This document shows, piece by piece, positions 52,901 through 62,137 of a stretch of 64,000 nt of DNA; the first letter of the stretch is position 1; every line of letters begins with the position of its first letter. The stretch lies in the sequence record NC_049849.1; one strand, given 5' to 3'. The translations under genes and the position numbers were made by a program. A model generated the notes under the pieces. It did not search any database. It was not told the origin of the DNA and worked only from the letters and a program-made list of their open reading frames with translations.

Positions 52901-53622
52901 AAGAGCAAGAAGTGCAGGTTGAAGAAACTAACGCCGTCAAGGCAAAGAAAGATGCGCCCCGCTGCTCGGAGTGCATCCACTTCAAGAACCACGCACTGAA
53001 GGGCAACAAGATGGTATGCTCAAAGCTGGGCATCCGTGGATTCGCCGAAGCACCGAAGGGTTGCTACACGCCAGATGTTACCAAGCTGTGCGGGAACTCC
53101 GATCAGTTCATTCAGCTGGCCGCTCTGTTGTCGTCCTACACGCCCGCAGAGAAACGCATCGTTGCCGCTCTGCTGCGTCAGCGTAAGAACGACTTGAAGT
53201 TCGGGCAGAAGTTGTACTTCCGCGCAGTCGGCGGCGACTATCTCTCGAACTACCTTTCCGGTTTCTATCTCTCGCGCACACGCTCGAAGGAAATCATTCT
53301 GTGCGGTGATGCGGATCGACGTAAGCGCGGCCACATGGTCACGGCTATCTTTCAAGATACGTTCGAACTCATGACGGCCAAGGAATGGAAGATCAAGCGT
53401 GCCGCATTGATCGACGCCAATCGCATCGAAGACCCGAAGCAGCCGCTGCGTAAGTTCAAGCCGCAGCAGACGAAGGAAGTTCAGGCGCTGATGAACTACC
53501 AGCCGCCGACGTTGGATACCGAACAGTCATTCCTGGACGCGCACTCCGAGAAGCGTAGCAAGGGCGGTAAGAAGAAAGCAGAGCTCACGTCGTTCAAGGT
53601 TCGCAAGGGTGGTGCTAGTTGA
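52897..53622 (+). CDS. hypothetical zinc-binding protein
   Basis: CSECIHF...C...C. Confidence 0.6.
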   Translation: MKEQEVQVEETNAVKAKKDAPRCSECIHFKNHALKGNKMVCSKLGIRGFAEAPKGCYTPDVTKLCGNSDQFIQLAALLSSYTPAEKRIVAALLRQRKNDLKFGQKLYFRAVGGDYLSNYLSGFYLSRTRSKEIILCGDADRRKRGHMVTAIFQDTFELMTAKEWKIKRAALIDANRIEDPKQPLRKFKPQQTKEVQALMNYQPPTLDTEQSFLDAHSEKRSKGGKKKAELTSFKVRKGGAS

Positions 53623-53623
53623 T

Positions 53624-53893
53624 ATGGCATATGATCCAAGACCGGACACCATGGAGTTTATGCAGCAAGTGCGGGCGTTGGAGGCGCAGCAGAAGTATCT
53701 GAGTCCGTCGCAGGCGGGCTTTCCAGCAGTAACAAGAAGCAAGACTCAAGGAACCGAGTCGTTGATTGTCATCGAGCGACGTATGTACGGCTGCTCCGAC
53801 TGGCATCCATTTCATTCCACACATAGCAGTAAAGATGCAGAACGCATCCTCGGCAGCAACAACTCAACCTTTGAGTACAGGTTAAGAGAATGA
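53624..53893 (+). CDS. hypothetical protein
   Basis: Coupled small ORF. Confidence 0.45.
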   Translation: MAYDPRPDTMEFMQQVRALEAQQKYLSPSQAGFPAVTRSKTQGTESLIVIERRMYGCSDWHPFHSTHSSKDAERILGSNNSTFEYRLRE

Positions 53894-54816
53894 AGCTACA
53901 TGAAAAGCTGGGCATCACACCAAAAGAGTTGGTGTCCAGTTTCGATTACCTCTTTAGGTTCATCGACAATAAGACGTTCAAGGCCCAGGTGAACGACGGC
54001 TTTAACGTTAAGAAGCGCATTGATGCTTGCGGCTACATGCTGAAGAACTGCAAGCTCTATGCCTATGCGTGGCACTGCCACAAGCAGGGTCTCATCACCC
54101 GGCCGAAGGCAGCAGAGTTCGAAATCGAAGAATGCGACGTTGCAATGCTACGCAAGCTCGACCTGTCGCGCATACCGGCTCACTTCCAACCCTTCGCGTT
54201 GCGTGAGTTCGATGCGTACCTAGCAGAATTTCTCACGTCATCAGACTTGAGTTCGGTGCTAGGCAAGTTCATTACGAAGAAGATGACTTTTCTCATCAAG
54301 TCGTATGGACAGACCCGCGAAGCATTGAAGTCGGCAATGGTCGAGGCAGCGATCTATAACATCTATCGCTGCTTCCCCTACTACGATTCATACCTTCACT
54401 TCTGCAACATTGGAAAAGGGGCGTCAGAGAAATACGGACATTCTCTCATCAAGCATTTCACGGCAAAGAAGAATCAAGTTCTGCAAAAGAACGCGGACGG
54501 CACGCACGAATCGCGCATGGTCCCGATCGCTGCAGTAGAACATATGCTCGAGTCTCCGAATGAGACTAAGCAGACAATTAAAGATGTGCTCGAAGGCATC
54601 AAGCTCAAGCCTCGAGTGCGTTTGTTTTTCCAACTCATGGCTGGCGAGCACGACCAAGGCTTTTCCGAATATCTTGGCGTGAACAACTCGGACGCGGCCG
54701 ACACCATGAAGTATTCGCACTACCGAGCTAGGGTACAGAAATATCTCGGCGTGACGCATACTCAAGTCAACAACCTCTTGGAACGTTTAAGGAACAAAGT
54801 AAATGGCAATGCCTAA
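53890..54816 (+). CDS. putative sigma-like/HTH transcription factor
   Basis: Region-2-like helix run (KFITKK...TREALKSAMVEAA) and region-4-like C-terminus (QKYLGVTHTQVNNLLERLRNK). Confidence 0.45.
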   Translation: MKLHEKLGITPKELVSSFDYLFRFIDNKTFKAQVNDGFNVKKRIDACGYMLKNCKLYAYAWHCHKQGLITRPKAAEFEIEECDVAMLRKLDLSRIPAHFQPFALREFDAYLAEFLTSSDLSSVLGKFITKKMTFLIKSYGQTREALKSAMVEAAIYNIYRCFPYYDSYLHFCNIGKGASEKYGHSLIKHFTAKKNQVLQKNADGTHESRMVPIAAVEHMLESPNETKQTIKDVLEGIKLKPRVRLFFQLMAGEHDQGFSEYLGVNNSDAADTMKYSHYRARVQKYLGVTHTQVNNLLERLRNKVNGNA

Positions 54817-55228
54817 CACCCGTGAGTGCTCTGGTGGTATCGTTCTCCGTCAGAAGCGTGGTGAGCTGCGTGTACTGATGGTCAAGTCCACACGCAACAA
54901 GAAGTGGACATTCCCGAAAGGCGGAATGGAGCCTGAGCTTTCGGCGACCGAAAACGCGGTCAAAGAAATCTTTGAAGAGGCTGGGGTTGTTGTCTGCCCC
55001 GATCAGATGGTTGGCCGCTATGACTATGTAAAAGACGGCACATTGCAAATGGTGTATCTGTTCCTCATGCGTCCAGTGCTGCAGGTTGATGATTACCCGG
55101 AAGCGTTGATCCGCCGCCGCAAGTGGATGCGCATTGATGCGGCGTGCGCTTCTTTGTGCGATACGCAATCGGCGCTGTTGCAGCGCGCTGTGAACTCTTA
55201 TGAGAATCCATTCGGCGCGGCGCTCTAA
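54803..55228 (+). CDS. Nudix hydrolase
   Basis: WTFPKGGMEPELSATENAVKEIFEEAGV Nudix box. Confidence 0.88.
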   Translation: MAMPNTRECSGGIVLRQKRGELRVLMVKSTRNKKWTFPKGGMEPELSATENAVKEIFEEAGVVVCPDQMVGRYDYVKDGTLQMVYLFLMRPVLQVDDYPEALIRRRKWMRIDAACASLCDTQSALLQRAVNSYENPFGAAL

Positions 55229-55238
55229 AGAAAGCTGA

Positions 55239-55306
55239 GCGCGGCGTGTTCGGTACATTGGTACACGGTTTTCGTTTCGCCTCATGTACCGAACAGCGCG
55301 CCGCGC
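55239..55306. repeat. long inverted repeat (8+12 bp stem, 3-nt bulge, 25-nt loop)
   Basis: GCGCGGCG-TGTTCGGTACAT ... ATGTACCGAACA-GCG-CGCCGCGC. Confidence 0.8.
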
Positions 55307-55321
55307 TTGCGAAGATTTTTC

Positions 55322-55351
55322 TTGCACGTTTTTATTGAGCGCCCCTATAAT
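55322..55351 (+). promoter_or_regulatory. host sigma70-type early promoter
   Basis: TTGCAC-N18-TATAAT with an upstream T-tract. Confidence 0.7.
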
Positions 55352-55392
55352 TGTTTTGTTCGCAATGAAGCGAACATCAAACAAGGAACAAA

Positions 55393-55623
55393 ATGCAAAA
55401 CGAAAATGCGCGCAACGTGATTTTGAACATCGCACGTACGGCGAATGTTCGCTATGACGGACGAGACGAAGATGGCAACGAATGCTTCCTCGTCGGATTC
55501 GTAGAATTGGCATCTGTCATCGCCCTGCTCGAAGCTTCGGGCTATGGATACGCGGATATCGAAATTGATCTGCAGCAGCCGATCAGCGGCGGCGTATATC
55601 TCCGCGTGTACGTCGAAGGATAG
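55393..55623 (+). CDS. early hypothetical protein
   Basis: AAGGA RBS; first gene after the promoter. Confidence 0.6.
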   Translation: MQNENARNVILNIARTANVRYDGRDEDGNECFLVGFVELASVIALLEASGYGYADIEIDLQQPISGGVYLRVYVEG

Positions 55624-55826
55624 CCTGTAAAATCAGGACGCACGGGCGACGTTTTCGGACGTGCGCCCGCGTGTCATTTCTGCGACGTCAGAAAATTGAC
55701 GGTTGCCGGTTTCTCTCGGCCTGGAGCGGTGTTGTATCTACGCAACACCGGTCTTTACAGTCGGTTTTCGTGATATCATATCTACATGGGGAATCGGTCC
55801 CCGAAATCTGAAAAGGAACATTCAGA

Positions 55827-56150
55827 ATGCAACGCGTCCAAATGATCTACACGGCAGGCACGGAAACGGAACAGTGGGAGCAAGATATCCTGCGCATCAT
55901 TTCCGAGAACGTCAAAATCGAGCTGTCCCTCTACGTGCATATGATGCAAGGAAACGGGATGCCGATCACGAAGGTTCAGGCGCAGGCGATCAACGCGGCG
56001 CTCGTGAATGCGAATCTCGAATTCACGACGTTTCAAGATGACGACGTAATCCGCAATTTCTATCACGCGCCGAAGAGCCCGCTGTCTCTGTATCTCACGT
56101 CCGACGATATCGCATCCGATGATTGGACGGTCGGATTCAACGAAGGTTGA
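55827..56150 (+). CDS. early hypothetical protein, paralog A
   Basis: QAQAINAAL and D.W.xGF shared with the next gene. Confidence 0.7.
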   Translation: MQRVQMIYTAGTETEQWEQDILRIISENVKIELSLYVHMMQGNGMPITKVQAQAINAALVNANLEFTTFQDDDVIRNFYHAPKSPLSLYLTSDDIASDDWTVGFNEG

Positions 56151-56177
56151 ACGCACGGCAGGACAACGCAAGACACT

Positions 56178-56193
56178 GAGCCCTTCGGGGCTC
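56178..56193 (+). other. GAGCCC-TTCG-GGGCTC tetraloop hairpin
   Basis: Intergenic; related hairpins at 56612, 34445 and 34762. Confidence 0.65.
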
Positions 56194-56235
56194 GTTTGTA
56201 TTTCTCAATTCGGATTTTTGATAAAGGAAAATATC

Positions 56236-56589
56236 ATGGCATCGCAAACGAAAATCATCATCGGCGCAAAAATGGAACTGTACGACTGGGCGGCCGACAT
56301 GCTCCGCGTCATCGCAGAGAACGTTGCCCACAATGTTGAGCTGACGTTGAATGTCCGCAACATGGGATCGAGCGATGGCGAGTTCATCAGCAAGCTGCAA
56401 GCCCAGGCGATCAACGCAGCGCTCATCACGCGGTACGCATTTGAAGATGAGGACGACCCCGAATGCGGAATCGCTCAACGCAGTTTCTTCGCAGACAACG
56501 GCGTGGGTTGCGGCATCTACATCTTCAGCGAAGATGGCTATGACACCGACGAATGGTGCATCGGATTCTTCGGCGATTCGGACGAGTAA
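56236..56589 (+). CDS. early hypothetical protein, paralog B
   Basis: AAGGAAAA RBS; paralog of 55827..56150. Confidence 0.7.
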   Translation: MASQTKIIIGAKMELYDWAADMLRVIAENVAHNVELTLNVRNMGSSDGEFISKLQAQAINAALITRYAFEDEDDPECGIAQRSFFADNGVGCGIYIFSEDGYDTDEWCIGFFGDSDE

Positions 56590-56653
56590 CACCCGGTAGC
56601 AAAATCACCCAGCCCTTCGGGGCATTTTCAACGTTAGACAAGGAGCAGTCAAC

Positions 56654-56956
56654 ATGAAAGCCAACGCCAAGCAAGCTAAGAAGGTTCTCCGCGCCATCGG
56701 TATCGACGCAACCGCGACCTGGTCGCAGCACGGTCGCCTTCTGATGGAAACGGAAACCCTGAGCATGAAAGCCATTCGTGCGAAAGCTCAGGAGCTGAAG
56801 GACGTTCTCGGATTCAAAGATGTATTCGATCAAACGAACTGGGGCGCCAAGCAGGTCGTTGTTAAGAGCGGGCATCGCGCCGTCGTGTTCACGCGCTACA
56901 ACGGGTGCCCTGCAATGCACATCGAATTTCAAGACGGCGCAGCGCTCGTCTTCTAA
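56654..56956 (+). CDS. early hypothetical protein
   Basis: AAGGAG RBS. Confidence 0.6.
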   Translation: MKANAKQAKKVLRAIGIDATATWSQHGRLLMETETLSMKAIRAKAQELKDVLGFKDVFDQTNWGAKQVVVKSGHRAVVFTRYNGCPAMHIEFQDGAALVF

Positions 56957-56995
56957 TCAATCAGCAACAGAAATCTCTGACAAGGAAAAGTCATC

Positions 56996-57553
56996 ATGAA
57001 CGCAACTTCCAAGCTCGTCGCTCTCACCCAAGCACTCGCACACGTCGGACAGCTGAAAGGGCAGCTCGAAGACATTGCCGACGAATGCGGCGTGGATTCA
57101 GAGGCGCTGTCCCAGGCATTGCAGGACTTCTACAACGCGGTAGTCGACAAGAAGCAGCAGGCGCGTGCCGCGTCTATCGAATCGGTCAAGGCGCTGAAGT
57201 CGTTGTCTGAGACGGGCACCAATCGCCAAGCCGGTCCGCGTGCCAAGAAGCGCCGCATTGATGAGAACGTGTCCGCGAATCTTGCGGAAGCAATCAAGAC
57301 GTTCAAGGCACATACCACATACATTCGTATGTATCGAGCGCCTCTGCAATCGAACAAATACGGCATCGGCAATGTCCGTGTGAAGTTCTACGGCGCTTAT
57401 ATCAATCAGGTTTCACTAGTCGGCAAGCTCGCAAAGCTGGGATTCAAGATGGTGACCCAAGCGAACGTCGAAAACTTTCAATGCGCCAGCCTCATGTTGG
57501 TAGCCAAGTCGTTCAAAACGGCTGACACGGGCTGGATCGCAATCACGAAGTAA
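56996..57553 (+). CDS. early hypothetical protein
   Basis: AAGGAAAA RBS. Confidence 0.6.
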   Translation: MNATSKLVALTQALAHVGQLKGQLEDIADECGVDSEALSQALQDFYNAVVDKKQQARAASIESVKALKSLSETGTNRQAGPRAKKRRIDENVSANLAEAIKTFKAHTTYIRMYRAPLQSNKYGIGNVRVKFYGAYINQVSLVGKLAKLGFKMVTQANVENFQCASLMLVAKSFKTADTGWIAITK

Positions 57554-57602
57554 GCCGCACATTCCGGCCTCTAGTACAACCCTTACAAGCTACACAAGAA
57601 TC

Positions 57603-58091
57603 ATGGCACGCTACCAATCGAAACTCACGCTCGCAGGTACCAAGCTCATCATCGCGGGTCTTCAATTGAAGATCAAGCAGGAGCCGAAAAAGAAAGTCGA
57701 TCTGCAAATTTCGGAAAAGACGATGAAGCAGATTGTTGACGTACCCGAAGGTAAGCTGCGCCGCCAGCTGCTCAAGATGTTCAAGCAGTCGGTGGCGATG
57801 TATCGCCCGAAGCACCAAGGCATCATTGTCGAGATTCGCCATGACCATGTTCGCGTGGCAGAGGTGATCACCGAAGCAGCGCGTGAAGCTCTGTTGTCTA
57901 TGGAGTGGAAGGGTAAACGTCAATCGACGGATACGGCGGAACATTGCCGCATCGCCGATGCGATGGACACGATTAAGGCGTACAATCTGTACCCCGAGCT
58001 GAAGTGCGGTTGCTGCGGCAAGGTCGCCGATAAGCGTAGCCTGTTGGCATTTAACGGAATCTGCGGACGCCAAGCGTGCCGCGCAAACTAA
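57603..58091 (+). CDS. hypothetical protein with C-terminal zinc ribbon
   Basis: CGCC...C...C. Confidence 0.6.
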   Translation: MARYQSKLTLAGTKLIIAGLQLKIKQEPKKKVDLQISEKTMKQIVDVPEGKLRRQLLKMFKQSVAMYRPKHQGIIVEIRHDHVRVAEVITEAAREALLSMEWKGKRQSTDTAEHCRIADAMDTIKAYNLYPELKCGCCGKVADKRSLLAFNGICGRQACRAN

Positions 58092-58102
58092 GGAGCACTA
58101 CA

Positions 58103-58375
58103 ATGCAAATCACCAAGGTTGAGTTTTCGGTTGCGGCGGGCAAGTACGACCTGGACGAGAAGAACTACAAATACTGCGACACGTTCAAGTCGTTCGACGA
58201 AGCGCAGGAAGCGGCCAAGACGTGCGCGGGCTACCACTTTATCGAAGTGGAAATGTACGAGTACTGGGAGGCGGGTGGCGCTGAATACATGCGCCGCACC
58301 GACATGGACAACGGCGAACAGCGACGCTTCTACAAGAAAGGCGTTATCTGGATCGCGGACGGGGAGCTGGAATGA
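58103..58375 (+). CDS. hypothetical protein
   Basis: AAGGAG RBS; start refined. Confidence 0.6.
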   Translation: MQITKVEFSVAAGKYDLDEKNYKYCDTFKSFDEAQEAAKTCAGYHFIEVEMYEYWEAGGAEYMRRTDMDNGEQRRFYKKGVIWIADGELE

Positions 58376-59010
58376 TGCGCGCATTGATCGCAGTAGTTAT
58401 GGCGCTCGCGGGGGCTTCGGCCCTTGCGGGTCCTGGGCAAGATTGCCAATTCGTCATGAGCGGCGACATGCTGGTGCCGCTTTGCAAAGCGGCTGAGCCG
58501 AAGTACAACGACAACTACCAGGTGCCGAAATTCAGCCTGCGTATGTCCTACAACGACTACGCGTGGTGGAAGGTACAGATGGTGACAGCGGTCGACGTTG
58601 CGAGCCCGTCGCGTCGTATGCAACTCATTCAAGAGTTCGACCGCAACGTTCGAGCGTGGGACACTCAAATGAATCGTGAGTTGCAGGCGATCAACGACAA
58701 GATCGAATCGAAGCCCGCGATGCAAGAGTGCCGCAAGGCAGTACAGGACATGGCGCGCATCGTTGATATGCGCGATAGCTTGAAGGCGCCAGGCGACGTT
58801 GTAGAAGTTCTAGGTGCTGGCAAGAATGATGCGCAGCGCGTGGTGCTTGCACGTCAGACAACGTTGGCATTCAACGAGCATTACGCCAACAAGTATTCTC
58901 TGGTGAACGCCATGAATACGTCATGCGACATGCACGGCAACGCTCGTGTCGCCGTTGACTATCTCATTCAAGGCGTTCAGAACTATATCCCCACAAAGGT
59001 AATCAAATGA
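58372..59010 (+). CDS. predicted exported protein
   Basis: Signal peptide MMRALIAVVMALAGASALA; four Cys. Confidence 0.6.
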   Translation: MMRALIAVVMALAGASALAGPGQDCQFVMSGDMLVPLCKAAEPKYNDNYQVPKFSLRMSYNDYAWWKVQMVTAVDVASPSRRMQLIQEFDRNVRAWDTQMNRELQAINDKIESKPAMQECRKAVQDMARIVDMRDSLKAPGDVVEVLGAGKNDAQRVVLARQTTLAFNEHYANKYSLVNAMNTSCDMHGNARVAVDYLIQGVQNYIPTKVIK

Positions 59011-59213
59011 AGAAGCAAGACACCGGATTGGTTGTAATCGACTTTCGCAACCCCAACTTCTTTGAGTGGGGCGCGAACTGGGCACGTATGGGCGAGCCGG
59101 AATCCGAAGTCCATCGCCTGATGGATGAGCAGTGGGAATACGAGCAGTACTCGACCGAAGACCGTGACGAGTTCTGGCGCGGCTACCACGCTACCAAGGA
59201 GCAGCAAGCATGA
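59007..59213 (+). CDS. hypothetical protein
   Basis: Coupled small ORF. Confidence 0.5.
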   Translation: MKKQDTGLVVIDFRNPNFFEWGANWARMGEPESEVHRLMDEQWEYEQYSTEDRDEFWRGYHATKEQQA

Positions 59214-59482
59214 CGGAACAACAACTGCAGGCCCTGACCGAAAAGCAAGATCGCATCTACCACAAGACGATTCAGCGCACGGCAGAGATTGCCGCGATTC
59301 AAGGACACATCACGTACTGGCAGACAGTGCTGATGACTGGAGCGTACCGCGACATGAACACTTTCCACCTCAATGGTGATCCCCTTTCCGACAAGGAAAA
59401 ACGCGATAAAGCGCTCGGCATCATTCAAAATCACGTAGACCGGCTACAGGGTATCTCGGACTACGAACTCGGCTGCATCTAA
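59210..59482 (+). CDS. hypothetical protein
   Basis: AAGGAG RBS, coupled. Confidence 0.55.
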   Translation: MTEQQLQALTEKQDRIYHKTIQRTAEIAAIQGHITYWQTVLMTGAYRDMNTFHLNGDPLSDKEKRDKALGIIQNHVDRLQGISDYELGCI

Positions 59483-59512
59483 AACAAGAAATCGACTGAC
59501 AAGGAAAAGTCA

Positions 59513-60094
59513 ATGAAGGCCCAACTCATCTTTCGCCGCTTCGCATTGGTCGCTATCGGAGCGTTCACCGCATTCTGTTTCATCCAACATGATCGCGCAG
59601 TCAAGACGCCGAGTGCTCCGTATGAATGGTTGACCAAGCTCAATCAGGTGCAGAAGTATCCGGTGGCTGATATCGAACTCGCCGCCGAGCAGCTGTACTC
59701 GATGGAAGACTTGCAGTGCCTGGCCAAGAACGTCTTTCATGAAGCCGGCGTTGAAACGGACAACGGCAAAATTGCCGTCGCGCAAGTCACGCTCAATCGC
59801 GTGGCTGCTGGTCGCTGGGGCGATTCGATTTGCGACGTGGTGTACAGCCCCGCGCAGTTCAGCTGGACGCTCCAGCCGCACAAGGTCAAAGAGGAACCGA
59901 AAGGTGAGCTGTGGGAATCGTCGTTGCAAGCCGCTGTGCGCGTCCTGCAAGGCGAGCGCAACGATGAGTTGGCCGAGTCCCTGTTCTATTACAACCCGGA
60001 CAAGGTCCGCAGAACTCCAGCTTGGGCCAGCAAGAAGTACATGATTGGCAAGGTCGACTCTCACATTTTCTTTACACAGGATCGCAAGAAATGA
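59513..60094 (+). CDS. SleB/CwlJ-like cell wall hydrolase (Hydrolase_2) with N-terminal anchor
   Basis: CLAKNVFHEA...AVAQVTLNRV...ICDVVY..AQFSW; LFYYNP; W. Confidence 0.85.
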   Translation: MKAQLIFRRFALVAIGAFTAFCFIQHDRAVKTPSAPYEWLTKLNQVQKYPVADIELAAEQLYSMEDLQCLAKNVFHEAGVETDNGKIAVAQVTLNRVAAGRWGDSICDVVYSPAQFSWTLQPHKVKEEPKGELWESSLQAAVRVLQGERNDELAESLFYYNPDKVRRTPAWASKKYMIGKVDSHIFFTQDRKK

Positions 60095-60447
60095 GTGCTC
60101 TTACGAAATTGAAAGAGGTTCGTCAGCTTCTGGCAGAGCCAAGTGCCTGGCGCCAGGACAACTATGCGGGCTTCCGTCAGGAGGACGGAACAATCTCCGC
60201 CTGCTCGACCGAATCGCCGAACGCCAACTGCTTCTGCATTCTTGGTGCACTGATTCGCGTAGGCGTTGAGGACGGCACCGCGAAGGACGCAGTCATAACC
60301 CAAGCGATCCGGTTCGGTATTGATATTTTGTACCCGCAGTACTGCACGATATCGGAATTCAACGACGCGCCTGGCCGTACGCACAAAGAAGTACTTGAAG
60401 TGCTCGACGTTGCAGAGCAGCGCCTTCAGGTACTCGGAATCATCTGA
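60091..60447 (+). CDS. paralog family member 1 (C[FW]C[IM]LGA / FNDxPxRTH; DUF6197-like)
   Basis: Motifs shared with three downstream genes; start refined. Confidence 0.75.
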   Translation: MSALTKLKEVRQLLAEPSAWRQDNYAGFRQEDGTISACSTESPNANCFCILGALIRVGVEDGTAKDAVITQAIRFGIDILYPQYCTISEFNDAPGRTHKEVLEVLDVAEQRLQVLGII

Positions 60448-60465
60448 CATTAAGGAACAGCAGAT

Positions 60466-60780
60466 ATGAACAAGCAGTCATTTCTGAGCCGCTTCGGCTT
60501 CTCTTTGCTTATGTGTGTTTTGGTTGGCACTGCCAGCGTGGTCGGCATCGCGGTAACCGACGCAAAAGCCAAACCCAAGGAGGACGCCAAGCCCTATCTT
60601 GGTACGCACGTCGGAAACGTGGGCTACTCCAGCATTGAACTGTGGACGGCGCAGCTTCCCGACGGAACCAACTGCGTTGTCACCATCAACGCGTCCAAAA
60701 ATCACGGCCTCGTCCACAAGACGGCCAAGGACCCTGGCGTTTCCTGCGACTTCTCGCAATCTCTCAAGGTTCAACAATGA
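60466..60780 (+). CDS. membrane-anchored hypothetical protein
   Basis: N-terminal TM helix; AAGGA RBS. Confidence 0.55.
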   Translation: MNKQSFLSRFGFSLLMCVLVGTASVVGIAVTDAKAKPKEDAKPYLGTHVGNVGYSSIELWTAQLPDGTNCVVTINASKNHGLVHKTAKDPGVSCDFSQSLKVQQ

Positions 60781-61139
60781 AGAGCACACTCGAACACCTC
60801 AAGGCGGCCCGCGCCGTTCTCGCCGAGCCTATCAACTGGCACCAAGGTGACTTCGCAGCCCATCGCGCAGAAGATGGTACGATCACGCCGACGGATTCCG
60901 AACACCTGCAAGGACGCGCACCCAACTGCTGGTGCATCCTCGGCGCGTTGCGTAAAACCGATAAGTACGACAACGGCGAAGCGGATCAAGCGTTGCGCGC
61001 CGCTATGTTTGAGCTCTTCGGCACACGCAAAATCGTGGCGTTCAACGATCAGCCGGGGCGTACGCACAAAGATGTACTCGCCGTGTTTGATCGCGCCATC
61101 GCCCATGAACAACAATGGCAGCAAGGACAACAGCAATGA
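60777..61139 (+). CDS. paralog family member 2
   Basis: WHQG, NCWCILGAL, FNDQPGRTH; start refined. Confidence 0.75.
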   Translation: MKSTLEHLKAARAVLAEPINWHQGDFAAHRAEDGTITPTDSEHLQGRAPNCWCILGALRKTDKYDNGEADQALRAAMFELFGTRKIVAFNDQPGRTHKDVLAVFDRAIAHEQQWQQGQQQ

Positions 61140-61492
61140 CTGACAAGACCCCACTAGAAGTTCTGAAAGACATACGCGAGACCTTGAGCGACCCTGAGCA
61201 TTGGCGCCAGGGCGACTATCAAGGGCATCGCATCGGCGGCGTGACATTCGATCTATGCCATGCAGCCGTTCAAGGTCGCGCACCCAACTGCTGGTGCATC
61301 CTCGGTGCCATGTTGAAGAGCACCTATGTGCGCGGCTTGGTGGTCGAAAAGAAACTTGAGCAAGCAGTCAATCACTTCCACCCGCGCTTCAACTCAGTCG
61401 CGGCCTTCAACGATGAGCCCGGTCGGACGCACGAAGAGGTACTGCAAGTGATTGACTACGCCATTCAACGTGAGCAGGAGCAAGCGCAATGA
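61136..61492 (+). CDS. paralog family member 3
   Basis: WRQG, NCWCILGAM, FNDEPGRTH. Confidence 0.75.
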   Translation: MTDKTPLEVLKDIRETLSDPEHWRQGDYQGHRIGGVTFDLCHAAVQGRAPNCWCILGAMLKSTYVRGLVVEKKLEQAVNHFHPRFNSVAAFNDEPGRTHEEVLQVIDYAIQREQEQAQ

Positions 61493-61881
61493 GCAAGACC
61501 ACACTAGAAATTCTGAAGGAAGCGCGTCAGCTTCTGGAAAAGCCTGAGTCGTGGATCAAGGGCTACTATGCAGCCAAGCGCGAGTCTGATGGTCGCATCC
61601 AGGTCCTCATCAGCGAAGAAATCGACGGCGGAAAAGGCGTGGTCGTCCGGGCAGTAGGAGGCACTGATCCTCGTGCTGATTGCTTCTGCATGTTGGGCGC
61701 GTTGCAACGTGCAGGTGCGTTGGAGCGCAACAGCGAAGCCGAAGCCGTGCTGCGTGACGCCATCAAGATCAAGATCGGTTTTCACGATCAGGTACATTCG
61801 TTCAACGACTCGCCGCAGCGTACACACGACGAAGTACTGGCAGTGTTCGATATCGCAATTCAACAGGAGCAGCTGAAATGA
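61489..61881 (+). CDS. paralog family member 4
   Basis: WIKG, DCFCMLGAL, FNDSPQRTH. Confidence 0.75.
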   Translation: MSKTTLEILKEARQLLEKPESWIKGYYAAKRESDGRIQVLISEEIDGGKGVVVRAVGGTDPRADCFCMLGALQRAGALERNSEAEAVLRDAIKIKIGFHDQVHSFNDSPQRTHDEVLAVFDIAIQQEQLK

Positions 61882-62090
61882 GTTTCAAACTTGTAGTTCG
61901 CATCGAAGTTCAGAACGAAGAAGGCGAAGTCGTTGATGCGCGTGGTTACGCGACGCATCCGAAAATGAAAGGCTGGTCGCCGTTGCAGACCACGAAGCAG
62001 ATGCGTGAGTTCGCGCACATCGGAAACGCGCATGAGGCCATGAACCACATGCACAAGGTCGTCGGCGCAGTTGCCGATATCATCGGTTAA
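61878..62090 (+). CDS. hypothetical protein
   Basis: AGGAG RBS, coupled. Confidence 0.5.
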   Translation: MSFKLVVRIEVQNEEGEVVDARGYATHPKMKGWSPLQTTKQMREFAHIGNAHEAMNHMHKVVGAVADIIG

Positions 62091-62137
62091 GCAGTACCCA
62101 ATCCAACCTCACAACATCAACAAGGACAACATACATC

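Noticed and set aside
55690-55745. TTGACG as a second sigma70 promoter
   Set aside because: No acceptable -10 hexamer at 16-18 nt spacing.
55703-56041. ORF 55703..56041 as a gene
   Set aside because: It overlaps the better-supported paralog A (55827..56150) in another frame and lacks an RBS.
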